DNA from: Rhodospirillaceae bacterium
GTDB taxonomy: Bacteria > Pseudomonadota > Gammaproteobacteria > Steroidobacterales > Rariloculaceae
Assembly (NCBI GenBank): GCA_024638465.1
Contig: JAHEKF010000007.1
Span: forward strand, 7,729 to 71,728
Reading direction: 5' to 3'
DNA length: 64,000 bases
Made by a program: the position numbers and the translations under genes. Each line of letters begins with the position of its first letter. Position 1 is the stretch's first letter. Shown here piece after piece: positions 36,654-46,774 of this stretch. Below the pieces are notes generated by a model. That model was given only the letters and a program-made list of their open reading frames with translations. It was not told the DNA's origin and did not search any database.

Positions 36654-37364
36654 CTACAGTGCGCTCTGCCAGGCGACCTTGCCGACGAAGAAGGGGCCCA
36701 GGCTGTCGAGATATTGCGAGGTCTGCTCCGTCTTGCGCATCTCCTGCACGACGGCCGACAACGGAAACAGATTCGGTCCGAGCAGGCCGATGATGAAGTC
36801 ATTGTCGTGCTTGTCGAGACCGTGGCATGCAAGTCGCACGTCGGCTGCGAGACCGGCGAAGCCATAGCGTTTCGCCAGCGTGCCATGCTCGCCGAGAATC
36901 TGCCGTTGCCTGGCTTCGGGCAGTGTTTGAAACGACTTCGCCCTCTGCAACGGATACCAGACCGCCCATGGGAAGTCGGGATTCAGGGTCTTGAAGCGCG
37001 GTTTCTCGAATAGCGTCTCCTCGAGATCGGGTTCGTAGCCGATCGAGTAGGTTCGTCCGAGCATGTCGAATTCCGGCTTGTGCGTGAACGCGGAAAACGG
37101 CTCGGCGTTGAACGCGTCGCGCAGACTGCCAACGAAATGATCGGGATCCTCGGCAAGTGCGATAACGCCGATACCACGCGGGTCGTTGGCATCGACGTAG
37201 AGCGCTCCTTCGATGCCGGCGCCCGCGAGCGCCTGTGCTGCCGCGGCAGGTTCGGTACAGCCTGTAAATGCGGTGAACTTCATGAACAGGCGTCGATCGA
37301 GGGACGTCTGTTTGCCGTCAGCGGTGCCTTTCTCGCTGAGGTCGAGTGCCGGTACGTCGTTCAT
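36654..37364 (-). CDS. Chlorite-dismutase-family protein, probably coproheme decarboxylase (HemQ/ChdC)
   Basis: WYPLQR...LPEARQRQILGEHGTLAKRY...MRKTEQTSQYLDSLGPFFVGK aligns with the C-terminal half of HemQ-type proteins as I recall them. It is wedged between hemE and hemH with spacers of 0-1 nt. Confidence 0.7.
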   Translation of the reverse strand: MNDVPALDLSEKGTADGKQTSLDRRLFMKFTAFTGCTEPAAAAQALAGAGIEGALYVDANDPRGIGVIALAEDPDHFVGSLRDAFNAEPFSAFTHKPEFDMLGRTYSIGYEPDLEETLFEKPRFKTLNPDFPWAVWYPLQRAKSFQTLPEARQRQILGEHGTLAKRYGFAGLAADVRLACHGLDKHDNDFIIGLLGPNLFPLSAVVQEMRKTEQTSQYLDSLGPFFVGKVAWQSAL

Positions 37365-37365
37365 C

Positions 37366-38415
37366 TCACGCTCCCGTCCGGGCGGGCCGGCCGCTTGCCT
37401 GATCGCCCTCGTTGTGAACCGCTTCGATCATCGCCTCGACGCTCTCGATGGGCGTCTGCGGAAGGATGCCGTGCCCGAGATTAACGATGTGGCCAACCGG
37501 ATCGACGGTGTCGAGCAGGTTTCGCGTAGCGGTCCGGGTCGTGTCGTAACCGCCAAGCAGGATCGCCGGATCGATATTGCCCTGGACGGCCTTGCGGTCC
37601 TGATACTCGTTCTGTATGTCGCCGAGATCTACGCGCCAGTCGCAGGCCAGCACTTCGGCGGGCAGCATCGCGTATGACTCGACGAGATGCGGCGCGTTCT
37701 GCACGAACAGGATTCGCGGCACGCCCGCGTTACCGAGTGCTTCGAGTATCGTCTCGAGGTGCGGTCGAATCATGCGATCCCAGTCGGGCAGCGACAGGAC
37801 GCCGGCCCAGGAGTCGAAAATCTGTACCGCGTCGGCTCCCGCACGCGCCTGATTGATGAGGTAGTGCACCATGAGGTCGGCGAGTTTCGCGAGCAGAGCA
37901 TCGAGTGCCTCGGGTTGCGTTGCGGCGAACGCACGCAACGTCGGAAAGTCCTTCTTGCCGCGGCCTTCGACGAGGTAGGCCGCCAGCGTCCACGGCGCGC
38001 CGCAGAAACCGAGTAGCGCCGTTTCGTCGGGTAGTTCCGCGCGAACCTGTTTCAGCGCCGTCATCACTTCCGGCGCTATCTCGTCGGGATGACAGGAACG
38101 CAGCGCATCGACCCCGGCCTGGTCACGGATCGGGTTCTCGACGACGGGGCCGGGATCGAAGTCGAACTCGACACCGATAGCAGGTAACGGACTCATGATG
38201 TCGGCGAATACGATCGCGGCATCGAGAGGAAATCGCTTGATCGGCATGAGTGTGACTTCTGTTGACAGGTCCGCGGAGCCTGCAAGTTCCTTGAACGCAT
38301 ATTTTTTTCGCAACTCGCGGTATTCGGGCAGGTATCTTCCGGCCTGGCGCATGATCCACAAAGGACGGCGCGGCGTCGGCTCGCGTGCGATGGTCTGTAG
38401 CAGTAAGCGGTTCAT
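37366..38415 (-). CDS. hemE: Uroporphyrinogen decarboxylase
   Basis: PLWIMRQAGRYLPEYR signature. The ATG overlaps the response-regulator stop (ATGA). Confidence 0.9.
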   Translation of the reverse strand: MNRLLLQTIAREPTPRRPLWIMRQAGRYLPEYRELRKKYAFKELAGSADLSTEVTLMPIKRFPLDAAIVFADIMSPLPAIGVEFDFDPGPVVENPIRDQAGVDALRSCHPDEIAPEVMTALKQVRAELPDETALLGFCGAPWTLAAYLVEGRGKKDFPTLRAFAATQPEALDALLAKLADLMVHYLINQARAGADAVQIFDSWAGVLSLPDWDRMIRPHLETILEALGNAGVPRILFVQNAPHLVESYAMLPAEVLACDWRVDLGDIQNEYQDRKAVQGNIDPAILLGGYDTTRTATRNLLDTVDPVGHIVNLGHGILPQTPIESVEAMIEAVHNEGDQASGRPARTGA

Positions 38416-39122
38416 TCGGAAGGCGTCTCCGGTTTTCTCGTAAATCGGTACCCCACGCCGCGTACGGTGTGGAAGTGTTCAGGCGCTTCGGGATTGCGTT
38501 CGAAGCGGCGGCGCAGGCGCACGATGAAGTTGTCGATCGTCCGTGTGGAAGGAAACACCTCGTAGCCCCAGACTTTGTCGAGAATGTCTTCGCGCGGCAC
38601 GATCGTGCCTTGTTCCTCGGCCAGGACCTTGAGGATCATCGCTTCCTTATGTGTCAGCGCGTGGTCGACTCCGTCCCAGGCTGTCGCGTGATAGGTCTGG
38701 AAGTCGATTTCGTTGCCCGCAAATTTCAGGTTCTCTGCCGCCTCGCTGTACCAGACGCTGCGGCGCAGAATCGCGGCAACACGCAGAAGCAGTTCCTTGA
38801 GATGAAATGGCTTCGCCAGGTAGTCGTCGCCGCCGGCCTCGAGCCCGCGGATACGATCCTCGGGGCCGCCTTTGACCGTCAGGAACAGCACCGGCGTCTG
38901 CAGCCCGGCCTTGCGGATCTCTTCGCAGACCTCCAGCCCATCGAGCTTGGGCATCATGACATCGAGCAAAATCAGATCGAACGCGCGGTCGCGCGCCAGC
39001 GCAAGACCTTGCTCGCCATCGTGCGCGATCTCGGTGTCGTAGCCCTCGGCCTGCAGGTTTTCGCGAATGCCTGCGGCGAGATGCTCCTCGTCGTCGACGA
39101 CGAGTATCCGTGGCGTTGCCAA
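38412..39122 (-). CDS. OmpR/PhoB-type response regulator
   Basis: ILVVDDE...LILLDVMMPKLDG...DDYLAKPF receiver and a winged-helix C-terminus (RGVGYRF). The TTG start immediately follows the kinase TAG stop. Confidence 0.9.
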   Translation of the reverse strand: MATPRILVVDDEEHLAAGIRENLQAEGYDTEIAHDGEQGLALARDRAFDLILLDVMMPKLDGLEVCEEIRKAGLQTPVLFLTVKGGPEDRIRGLEAGGDDYLAKPFHLKELLLRVAAILRRSVWYSEAAENLKFAGNEIDFQTYHATAWDGVDHALTHKEAMILKVLAEEQGTIVPREDILDKVWGYEVFPSTRTIDNFIVRLRRRFERNPEAPEHFHTVRGVGYRFTRKPETPSE

Positions 39123-40202
39123 CTACGCCCCTCCCGGCCAGGACACCGTGACGGTCGCGCCGCGCCCGGGACCATCACTGCTTGCGGTGATCGTCGCATT
39201 GGACAGCTCGACGAGACGGCGCACGATGTACAACCCCAGGCCCGTACCGGGTGTCGACCGTCTGAGCTCGTCCCCGAGCCGGTAGAATTTTTCGAAGATG
39301 ATCGCGGCGTCTTCGGGCGGAAAGCCGAGACCATCGTCGTGGACCGCGAACTCGACGCGATCGCCCAACGCGCGAGCTTCGAGCCGGACGCTTTTTCCAT
39401 CGCCGGCGATACAGGCTTTGACGGCGTTGTCGAGCAGATTTCTCAATACCGTTTCGATCGTCGTGCGGTCGGCTTTTACGCTCAGGTTTTCCGGCACGTT
39501 CAGACTGATTTCGATATCGTAATGTGCGGCACGATCTTCGAGTTCCTTTACGCATGCTGTGGCGAGCGTCGCGAGATCAAGCGTTTCGGGCTCGAGCTCC
39601 ATGCGCCCTTCCTCGAGACGTGTCGTGTCGAGCAGGTTGTCTACCATCCGCAACAGCCGTTCACCGTCGTCGAGGATCCGCTGCCCGAGTCTCTGCGTAT
39701 CGGGATCGTTGTCGCGAACGAGCAGCGTCTCCGCGGCGAGACGGATGCTCGCGAGCGGACTCTTGAATTCGTGCGATACGGCGGCCAGGAAGTTTTGCTG
39801 ACGCGCGCGAAGATCCGCGTCGTGACGGATCGTACGCGTCAGAATCGTCATACCGACGAGCAGTACAACAAGAAAGAAGCCTCCCTCCCAGACGAGCCGG
39901 TTGATCCGGGAAGACGTCTGATCGTCGAGAACGGCCAGTACCGCATCGTTTACAAAGGCGGTCCCGAGCTCGGGCGAGATGTCGAGATGCGGCAGAAGGC
40001 CTTCGAGAGCATCCGGGTTATCGGAGTAGAACGCAGTAACAGCCGCTGCGTCGGCGTTATAGAGCGAGAGGAGCTGATCCTGTGTCGAACGTGTGAACGT
40101 AACGCTCTCGGAGATCCACCAAGCCACCTGTGCGAGTGACAGAATCAGTAGCGCGAGAAACCCGAGCTGCAACGCCTTGGTCGGGTCACGTCTGAGAACC
40201 AT
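39123..40202 (-). CDS. Sensor histidine kinase (two TM segments, HisKA, HATPase_c)
   Basis: H-box AVSHEFKSPLASI, N-box LRNLLDNAVKA, and G-boxes HDDGLGF / GTGLGL. ATG at 40202 (MVLRRDPTK) overlaps the hemL 3' end by 17 nt. Confidence 0.85.
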   Translation of the reverse strand: MVLRRDPTKALQLGFLALLILSLAQVAWWISESVTFTRSTQDQLLSLYNADAAAVTAFYSDNPDALEGLLPHLDISPELGTAFVNDAVLAVLDDQTSSRINRLVWEGGFFLVVLLVGMTILTRTIRHDADLRARQQNFLAAVSHEFKSPLASIRLAAETLLVRDNDPDTQRLGQRILDDGERLLRMVDNLLDTTRLEEGRMELEPETLDLATLATACVKELEDRAAHYDIEISLNVPENLSVKADRTTIETVLRNLLDNAVKACIAGDGKSVRLEARALGDRVEFAVHDDGLGFPPEDAAIIFEKFYRLGDELRRSTPGTGLGLYIVRRLVELSNATITASSDGPGRGATVTVSWPGGA

Positions 40203-41511
40203 GAGCCTCTCCCGTTTGACTGGCGATATCGTTGAGCACGTGCCCGAGTGTAGCGGCGAATTGGTCCAGGCTTTCGCGGCTGTGGGCCAGAGAGATGAAA
40301 CCGACTTCATAAGCCGACGGTGCAAGCGCGATGCCGCGCGCCAACAGGGCATGAAAGATACCGGCATAGGTGTCGCCGGTTTCGGCAGCTATTGCTTCGG
40401 CCGTGCGCGGCGCCGTCAGGGTGTGGAGTGCGATCCAGAATATCGAGCCGACTCGCGCGAGCACGGCGTCAACGGGCGCCGCCTCGAGAACCGGGTTCAG
40501 CAGTATCTCCAGGTACTGTCCGCGTGCCTCGAGCTGTTGCCAGCCTTCCTCCTCCTCGAGGACCTTGAGCGTCGTCAGACCGGCGGTCATCGCGACCGGG
40601 TTACCGGAAAGCGTGCCGGCCTGATAGACGCCGCCCTGCGGCGCGAGCTTGCGCATGATGTCTTTTGACGACGCGAACGCACCCACGGGCATGCCGCCGC
40701 CAATGACTTTGCCGAACGTCGCGATGTCCGGCGTAATGCCGTAATGGGCCGCTGCGCCACCGGCACCCAGACGGAACCCCGTGATCACTTCATCGAAAAT
40801 CAGGAGTGCGCCATGCTTCGAGCAAAGCTCGCGCAGGAGCTCGAGATAGTCGGGCCGCTGAATCAGCAGGCCGTTGTTAGCGGGAACCGGTTCTATGATG
40901 ACGGCTGCGATACGCGCGCCTTCCGTGCGAAACAGGTCATCGATCGCCTCGTCGTCGTCCAGCGGCAACACGCGTGTCAGATTGGTGAAATTCTCCGGCA
41001 CGCCGTCGGACGACGGTCGACCGAAAGTCGCGAGTCCCGACCCTGCGGCGACGAGTAGCGAGTCCGAGTGGCCGTGATAACAGCCGGAGAACTTGACGAT
41101 GAGATCGCGTCCCGTAGCGCCGCGCGCGAGCCGGATCGCGCTCATGACGGCTTCCGTGCCGGACGAGACGAAGCGCACCTGCTCGATGCCGGGGTAAGCT
41201 GCGACGACGCGTTCGGCGAGCTCGATCTCCGCGCGGCACGGGGCACCGAAAGAAGTGCCGCGTTTCACGGCTGCACTCACTGCCTTCACGACTTCCGGAT
41301 GAGCGTGGCCGAGAATCAGCGGTCCCCAGGAGCCGACGAAGTCGAGGTAGGTGCGGCCGTCCTCGTCGGTCACTTCCGCGCCGTTGGCCGAACGAATTAC
41401 GCGCGGCGTGCCGCCGACCGCACCGAACGCGCGCACCGGCGAGCTGACGCCACCCGGCAGAAGCGTCTGTGCTTTCGCGAACCAGTCTTCCGAACCTTTG
41501 GTCACAGCCAT
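40186..41511 (-). CDS. hemL: Glutamate-1-semialdehyde 2,1-aminomutase
   Basis: [27 protein letters not shown] and FDEVITGFR; the PLP-binding Lys lies in FGKVIGGG. Confidence 0.9.
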   Translation of the reverse strand: MAVTKGSEDWFAKAQTLLPGGVSSPVRAFGAVGGTPRVIRSANGAEVTDEDGRTYLDFVGSWGPLILGHAHPEVVKAVSAAVKRGTSFGAPCRAEIELAERVVAAYPGIEQVRFVSSGTEAVMSAIRLARGATGRDLIVKFSGCYHGHSDSLLVAAGSGLATFGRPSSDGVPENFTNLTRVLPLDDDEAIDDLFRTEGARIAAVIIEPVPANNGLLIQRPDYLELLRELCSKHGALLIFDEVITGFRLGAGGAAAHYGITPDIATFGKVIGGGMPVGAFASSKDIMRKLAPQGGVYQAGTLSGNPVAMTAGLTTLKVLEEEEGWQQLEARGQYLEILLNPVLEAAPVDAVLARVGSIFWIALHTLTAPRTAEAIAAETGDTYAGIFHALLARGIALAPSAYEVGFISLAHSRESLDQFAATLGHVLNDIASQTGEAHGSQT

Positions 41512-42506
41512 TTCCCTTGCAGCGCGTCACGCGCGTGATAGGTAATGATCTGGTCGGCGCCGGCGCGTGCGATCGCGTAGAGATTCTCGCGAACGACTCG
41601 CGCCTCGTCGATCCAGCCGTTCGCAGCTGCGGCCTTGACCATCGCGTACTCGCCGGAGACGTTGTATGCCGACAGCGGCAACGTCGTCTCTGCTCTTACG
41701 GCCTGGATAACATCGAGGTACGCAAGTGCGGGTTTGACCATCAGCATGTCTGCGCCTTCATCCTCGTCCAGCTCGGCTTCGCGAATCGCCTCGAGAACGT
41801 TACGCGCGTCCATCTGGTAGCTCTGCCGATCGCCTTGTTGCGGCGCCGAGTCGGCCGCATCGCGAAATGGCCCGTAGTACGCCGACGCGTACTTCACGGC
41901 ATAGGCGAGCAATGCGACATTGTCGAAACTTGCATCGTCCAGTCCGTCGCGGATAGCGGCGATGCGGCCGTCCATCATGTCGGACGGTGCGACGACGTCG
42001 GCGCCGGCTTCGGCGTGACTCAGCGCCGTTCTGACGATCGGCTCGAGCGACGGATCGTTGACGACTCGCCCGTCCTCGACGAGGCCGCAATGGCCGTGGT
42101 CGGTATAGGCACAGAGGCAGACGTCCGTCACGACGATGAGGTCGTCACCGAATTCCTGCTTCAGGCGCCGCACGGCTTTTTGAACTGCGCCTTGCTCGTC
42201 CCAGGCCAGCTCGCCGTCGGCTGTCTTCGTCGCATCGTCCTCCGGGTGGCCGAACAGCAGCGCCGCGCGGATTCCGAGCTCTAGATCGGCCCCGACTTCC
42301 GCCACGAGATTGTCGCGTCCCAGCTGAGCGAGGCCCGGCAACGATGGAATGGGCTCCGCCGCTTTTTCGGCCGGAAGCACGAAGCGCGGCACGACAAACT
42401 GCGACGCGGCGATATGCGTTTCCGCGACGAGATCGCGCATGGTCTGAGTCTGGCGCAGACGCCGCGGCCGCATACGCCCCGGTGTCGTCACTTTCAATTC
42501 GCGCAT
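41502..42506 (-). CDS. hemB: Porphobilinogen synthase (5-aminolevulinate dehydratase)
   Basis: [43 protein letters not shown]. Confidence 0.9.
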   Translation of the reverse strand: MRELKVTTPGRMRPRRLRQTQTMRDLVAETHIAASQFVVPRFVLPAEKAAEPIPSLPGLAQLGRDNLVAEVGADLELGIRAALLFGHPEDDATKTADGELAWDEQGAVQKAVRRLKQEFGDDLIVVTDVCLCAYTDHGHCGLVEDGRVVNDPSLEPIVRTALSHAEAGADVVAPSDMMDGRIAAIRDGLDDASFDNVALLAYAVKYASAYYGPFRDAADSAPQQGDRQSYQMDARNVLEAIREAELDEDEGADMLMVKPALAYLDVIQAVRAETTLPLSAYNVSGEYAMVKAAAANGWIDEARVVRENLYAIARAGADQIITYHARDALQGKWL

Positions 42507-43228
42507 TGCATCGCCTCCATGAGTCCATCCAGACCGGGACGCTGCGCCTGTCCCGTCACTTCGAGTCCGGCGGCGCGCGCCGCCGCATTCGTGGCCGGAC
42601 CGATCGTAAAGATCGCCGCCGGCTTGTCCAGTTCGACCTGATTCGTCAGACCTTCGACGGCTGACGGGCTGGCAAGAAAGATCGTGTCCGCACCGAGGGC
42701 AGTGAGCGTGAATTTGGGCTCGACGGTCGCGGCCGGGATCGTGCGATAGACATCGAGCCGGACACAGTCAGCGCCGGCGGCATTCAGCGAGTCCTCGATT
42801 GTCGTGCCCGCATTCTCCGCGACCGCCAGCACGACATGTTTGCCGCCCGCGTCCAGTCGAACCTCGAGTGCCTGTGCGAGCGATGCCGCCGTGCCCGCTT
42901 CGCTGACGAGGTCGGCGCGACCGAAAGCGATGACGGCGGCATCGGCGGTCGCGGGACCGACGACTGCGATCCGGGTCTTCGCAGCTATCTCCGCAGAACT
43001 CAGCTCGGCAAACGCTGCAACGCCGCGTTTCGATGTGAACACGAGCCAGTCGGCATCAGGCAGCAGTTCCGCGATACGGTTGCGAAGCGCATCGGAGTCG
43101 ACCGGCACGCATCGAATACATGGCAGAACGACCGCACGGGCACCGGCCGCTTCAAGCCGGCTGGCCCACTGCGCGCTGTCATCGTCGCTGCGGGTGACGA
43201 GCACTATCTTTCCGCTTGCGGAAGTCAT
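42494..43228 (-). CDS. hemD: Uroporphyrinogen-III synthase
   Basis: 245 aa starting from [13 protein letters not shown], with the length and pattern of the HEM4 family. ATG 43228 overlaps the hemC stop (ATGA). The track extension to 43498 was rejected. Confidence 0.75.
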   Translation of the reverse strand: MTSASGKIVLVTRSDDDSAQWASRLEAAGARAVVLPCIRCVPVDSDALRNRIAELLPDADWLVFTSKRGVAAFAELSSAEIAAKTRIAVVGPATADAAVIAFGRADLVSEAGTAASLAQALEVRLDAGGKHVVLAVAENAGTTIEDSLNAAGADCVRLDVYRTIPAATVEPKFTLTALGADTIFLASPSAVEGLTNQVELDKPAAIFTIGPATNAAARAAGLEVTGQAQRPGLDGLMEAMQCAN

Positions 43229-44139
43229 GACTCGGCGAGCGCTTCCCACGCGATATCGACCACCGCATGCGGATTCTTGTCGTGGGCTCTGGTGCCGATG
43301 AGTCGGCCGTCGCGTTCCAGCATCGCGACGAGCTGCAGCATGCCGTCGGGCGCCTCCGTGCAGTAGGCACCGAAGGCGACATCGCATCCTCCCTCGACGC
43401 GCATCAGCAATGCGCGTTCGACGGCAACACAGGTCTCCGTCGGGCCGTGGGCAATGATGCTCAGGGTGTCGACGATATGCCCATCCGCCGCGCGGCACTG
43501 CAGCGCAATTGCGCCTTGTGCCGGAGCAGGAATGAAGACTTCGGGGTCGAGTCGTACGACGATGTGGTCGCCAAGCCCGAGATCGGGGCGGTCGTCGAGC
43601 ATGGAGTCCCGCAGGCGATTGAGCCCCGCGGCGGCCAGTATCACGCCGTCGTAGCCATCGCCGACCTTACCGACACGTGTCGGCACGTTGCCGCGGAGTG
43701 GTTGAACGTCGACGTCGGCGCGCAGGTGTTTGAGCCAGGCCTGGCGGCGCGCGGACGAGGTACCGACTTTGGCGCCGTCCGCGATCGGCAGCGGGCCGGA
43801 CGCTTCGCTATGCGAGTCGCGCTGCATGACCAGCACATCGGCGGCGTCCTCGCGCCGCGTTATCGAGGCTAGCGTGAGCGCTTCCGGCGACTGGGTCGGC
43901 AGGTCCTTGAACGAGTGCACGGCGATGTCGGCAGTATCGTCCAACAGTGCCTGCTCGATCTCGCGAACGAACACTCCCGTCGCTCCGATAGCGCCGAACG
44001 TCGGTGCGTCGGATTTATCGCCGCTGGTTGTGACAATGACGAGTTCGGTCTCGTGGCCAAGTTCAGTGAGCTCGTTCGCAACGAACGTGGCCTGAGTTCT
44101 CGCGAGATGCGAACCGCGAGTGGCGATACGCAGTTTCAT
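43225..44139 (-). CDS. hemC: Hydroxymethylbilane synthase (porphobilinogen deaminase)
   Basis: LRIATRGS.LA..Q, VHS.KDLP and RGNV.TR motifs. Confidence 0.9.
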   Translation of the reverse strand: MKLRIATRGSHLARTQATFVANELTELGHETELVIVTTSGDKSDAPTFGAIGATGVFVREIEQALLDDTADIAVHSFKDLPTQSPEALTLASITRREDAADVLVMQRDSHSEASGPLPIADGAKVGTSSARRQAWLKHLRADVDVQPLRGNVPTRVGKVGDGYDGVILAAAGLNRLRDSMLDDRPDLGLGDHIVVRLDPEVFIPAPAQGAIALQCRAADGHIVDTLSIIAHGPTETCVAVERALLMRVEGGCDVAFGAYCTEAPDGMLQLVAMLERDGRLIGTRAHDKNPHAVVDIAWEALAES

Positions 44140-45470
44140 GAGCCCGATGCCCGTTTCGGTAGCGACGCTTCATTGAGCGCCTGGCGCAGCTCATCCGCGA
44201 ACTCGGGTTCGAGACCGTCGAGAAAAGCATCGAGCGATCCGTCGGGCCCGTGGTGCAGCAGTCCGCGAAGTCCGAGGCAGGGAATATGCGCGAAACGACG
44301 CGCGAGTACTTCACTCCATTGCTCGATCGCCACGCGCTCGTCATCGCCGAGCCCTTTGAGATCTTTCTTCAACAGACGCCTGACGCCCTCCTGCGCCGTG
44401 TTGCGATAACGCTGTTGCAGCGCGCCGAACAGCGGACCATAAAGTCGCTCGGCGAAGCGGTCGTGAAGGCGCAACAGCGCGTCGTCCACGAGTTCGCGGG
44501 CCTGCGCAGCCTCGACGAGGCGGGCCGCGCGGTTGCGCTCAGCTTCGAGAGTGATCTGATCCATGCCGATGCGCAGCATATCGAGACGCGCGCAGGCGTC
44601 GGCATCTATGTCGGCCGGGATCGCCATGTCGATGAGCAATGGCGGCAGTTGCGACAGCGTGCGCGCCGCGAGCCGTTCGAGAACCGGCGCATCGATGACC
44701 GGGCCCCTGGAACCCGTCGACGACAACAACGCCTCGATGGCGGGCGGGTCGGCAATAAAGTCGTCAAGGGACATATGCCCGGCGCCGTATTCGCTGGCGC
44801 GTCCGGCGGCTTTTGCGGCCGTGCGATTGACGAACAATAGCTCGAAACCGGCTTTGGCGAGCGACTGCGCGGCTCGCTCGGTCATCGGTGACACGCCGAT
44901 CAGCGCGACTCGCCCCGGTGTGCGCGCCAGTCGGCTGCGAATGTGCGCTACGGCGACTTCGGCCAGCGATACACGTCCGGTAGCGAGCCCGGTCTCGCCG
45001 CGAACGACTGCGGCGATCTTCAGGGCTTCCTCGAACAACAGGTCGAGGTGCGGACCGCTCAGTCCTGCCGAGCGGGCGCGCTCATGACACTGCCGAACCT
45101 GGCCCGTGATCTCGACTTCACCCACCGCGGCGGAGTCGAGTCCGGCGGCAACGAGAAACAGGTGTTCGCAGGCGCCCTCGCCCTGCCAGGCGCGCAGCGC
45201 TCGCTCGGCTTCACCGTTGGCCGCGGGCGCGCCGGTCAACAGCTCGTAGACGAGCGGGCGCAGATCGCGAGCCGGTGTCATCGCCGTGCGCGTGAAAATG
45301 AGCTCGACGCGGTTGCAGGTGGCGAGGTAGGCGAGTTCGGCGAGGCCGGCGCGCGATGCGAAGTCGCCGAGCTTCCCGGCCAGGCCATCTTCGGGCAGCG
45401 CGAAGCGTTCCAGTCCTTCGCTGCCGCTCTGGCGCCAGGAGATTCCGACGACGTTGAGGTCTTCGAGCAT
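44136..45470 (-). CDS. hemA: Glutamyl-tRNA reductase
   Basis: LATCNRVELI, GE.EI.GQV and IGVSPM (NADPH fold) motifs. It is the first gene of the cluster. Confidence 0.9.
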   Translation of the reverse strand: MLEDLNVVGISWRQSGSEGLERFALPEDGLAGKLGDFASRAGLAELAYLATCNRVELIFTRTAMTPARDLRPLVYELLTGAPAANGEAERALRAWQGEGACEHLFLVAAGLDSAAVGEVEITGQVRQCHERARSAGLSGPHLDLLFEEALKIAAVVRGETGLATGRVSLAEVAVAHIRSRLARTPGRVALIGVSPMTERAAQSLAKAGFELLFVNRTAAKAAGRASEYGAGHMSLDDFIADPPAIEALLSSTGSRGPVIDAPVLERLAARTLSQLPPLLIDMAIPADIDADACARLDMLRIGMDQITLEAERNRAARLVEAAQARELVDDALLRLHDRFAERLYGPLFGALQQRYRNTAQEGVRRLLKKDLKGLGDDERVAIEQWSEVLARRFAHIPCLGLRGLLHHGPDGSLDAFLDGLEPEFADELRQALNEASLPKRASGS

Positions 45471-45560
45471 CCGCCAAGGGTAAGACTCCCGCCGCGGCGA
45501 TTGTCACGGCCGTGTCATCGCAACGTCCCCGTGACCGAAGCTGTGACGCGTAGCGCGCGG

Positions 45561-45675
45561 CCGGTCCCTTGGGACTCGGCTGATATCTTTCCGGACGGAC
45601 TCTCCGGGCCCGACCTCACCCGTCACCGCGCCGTCGGGCTCGACCGGATTGACCGTGACAGGGCGCTGTTCGAAT
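45561..45675 (+). repeat. Copy C of the intergenic repeat arms (no core), immediately upstream of hemA
   Basis: ccggtcccttgggactcggc box, ggacggactctccgggcccgacc, then cgtcaccgcgccgtcgggctcgaccggattgaccgtgacagggcg, which is the reverse complement of 32986-33030. Confidence 0.85.
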
Positions 45676-45686
45676 CCGACGCTCGG

Positions 45687-46748
45687 CTAACCGTTGGGAT
45701 ACGCGGCGTCGTACGCCCGTGTGACGATGCGCTCCATCTCGGCGCGATGAGACGCGATGGAGCGCGCGAGTTCGATCTGGCTGCGCGTCCGCGCTTCGTT
45801 GTGCTCGCTCGCGCTCGCAAAACGCGCCTGGTCCCAGCCGAAGTAGTTCTCGTTGAGCGCGTCTGCGCAGAAGCGCGCCGCGAGTTCGACCGTGATCGTG
45901 TAGGTTGCGCCCGGAATCCCGCGCCGCTCGGCTTCCGTCAGGAAGTCGCTCGTCTCGCGCGCGTAGCCCGCGATCGCTGCCTCGAAGAACGGCAGCGAGA
46001 ACTCGGCGCCCGGCTCGTCTTCCGGACGGGGATTGCACCACGAGCGAAACGCGTCCCCGAGCTCGAGTACGACCGGCATGCGGCTAATGGTGTCGAGGTC
46101 GATAAGGCAGATCGCGGCGTCGGTCTCCGGATCGAACAGGAGGTTCGAGATCTTCGGGTCACCGTGGACGACGCGGTCGGGTTGGTCGCCCGGCTCCGCG
46201 ATGTCATTAGCCAGCGTAAGTACCTGCGCCGCGAGTGGCTCGATCACGGAGTAGCGCTGATGGTCTTTTTTCCCGAGCAATGCCTCGAGCAGATTCTTCA
46301 GGTGTTTCGCGGTGTCATGCACGCCGAGCCGCGCCGTCGAGAACTCGTGGTCGATGCCGCTGACGACGCGATGAAATCTTCCGAGTAGCGCGCCCGCTTC
46401 TTCGGCTTGCTTCGCATTCTCCAGGGCGTCATAGCTCGCACCCTGAATGTAGCTCAGTTGCCGCCAGACGAAACCGTCGTCGTCTTCGATGGTCGTCGCG
46501 CCGGTCGCGGCCGGTATGAGCACGGGAGTCACGATGCCGGCCGCTTCCAGATACTTCGTGACCGCGTCGATATCGTCGTTTACCGCGCGTGCGAACAGTG
46601 GATTGACGCGCTGTAGTACACGCGCTTTACCGGGTGCGGGAACAGCGATCCAGGTCGTGTTGATCAGTCCGGAGGGTATTAGCTCGAGAGAAGCCGATTC
46701 CAGACCGAGTGCCTTGAGTACCTGAGCGCTGGGATTCGGGGCGGCCAT
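45687..46748 (-). CDS. Aminoglycoside-phosphotransferase-fold (APH/homoserine-kinase-II-like) kinase
   Basis: VVHGDPKISNLLF (HxDxxxxN catalytic loop) and LIDLD. ATG at 46748 chosen (MAAPNPSAQ). Confidence 0.7.
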   Translation of the reverse strand: MAAPNPSAQVLKALGLESASLELIPSGLINTTWIAVPAPGKARVLQRVNPLFARAVNDDIDAVTKYLEAAGIVTPVLIPAATGATTIEDDDGFVWRQLSYIQGASYDALENAKQAEEAGALLGRFHRVVSGIDHEFSTARLGVHDTAKHLKNLLEALLGKKDHQRYSVIEPLAAQVLTLANDIAEPGDQPDRVVHGDPKISNLLFDPETDAAICLIDLDTISRMPVVLELGDAFRSWCNPRPEDEPGAEFSLPFFEAAIAGYARETSDFLTEAERRGIPGATYTITVELAARFCADALNENYFGWDQARFASASEHNEARTRSQIELARSIASHRAEMERIVTRAYDAAYPNG

Positions 46749-46774
46749 TGCCGCCGCAGTATAGCCTCTTGCCG

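Noticed and set aside
38385-40139. A 584-aa plus-strand ORF. Similar long ORFs occur at 44943-46388 (+), 30190-31536 (+), 22950-24110 (-), 27213-28268 (-), 14664-15701 (-), 59699-60613 (-) and 9751-10524 (-).
   Set aside because: Each lies antisense to a gene with strong family motifs (kinase/regulator, hemA, cysG, porin, DUF5916-like, GH15, N+C fusion). Their translations are Arg/Ala/Gly-rich and low in complexity. Such shadow ORFs are typical of GC-rich DNA.
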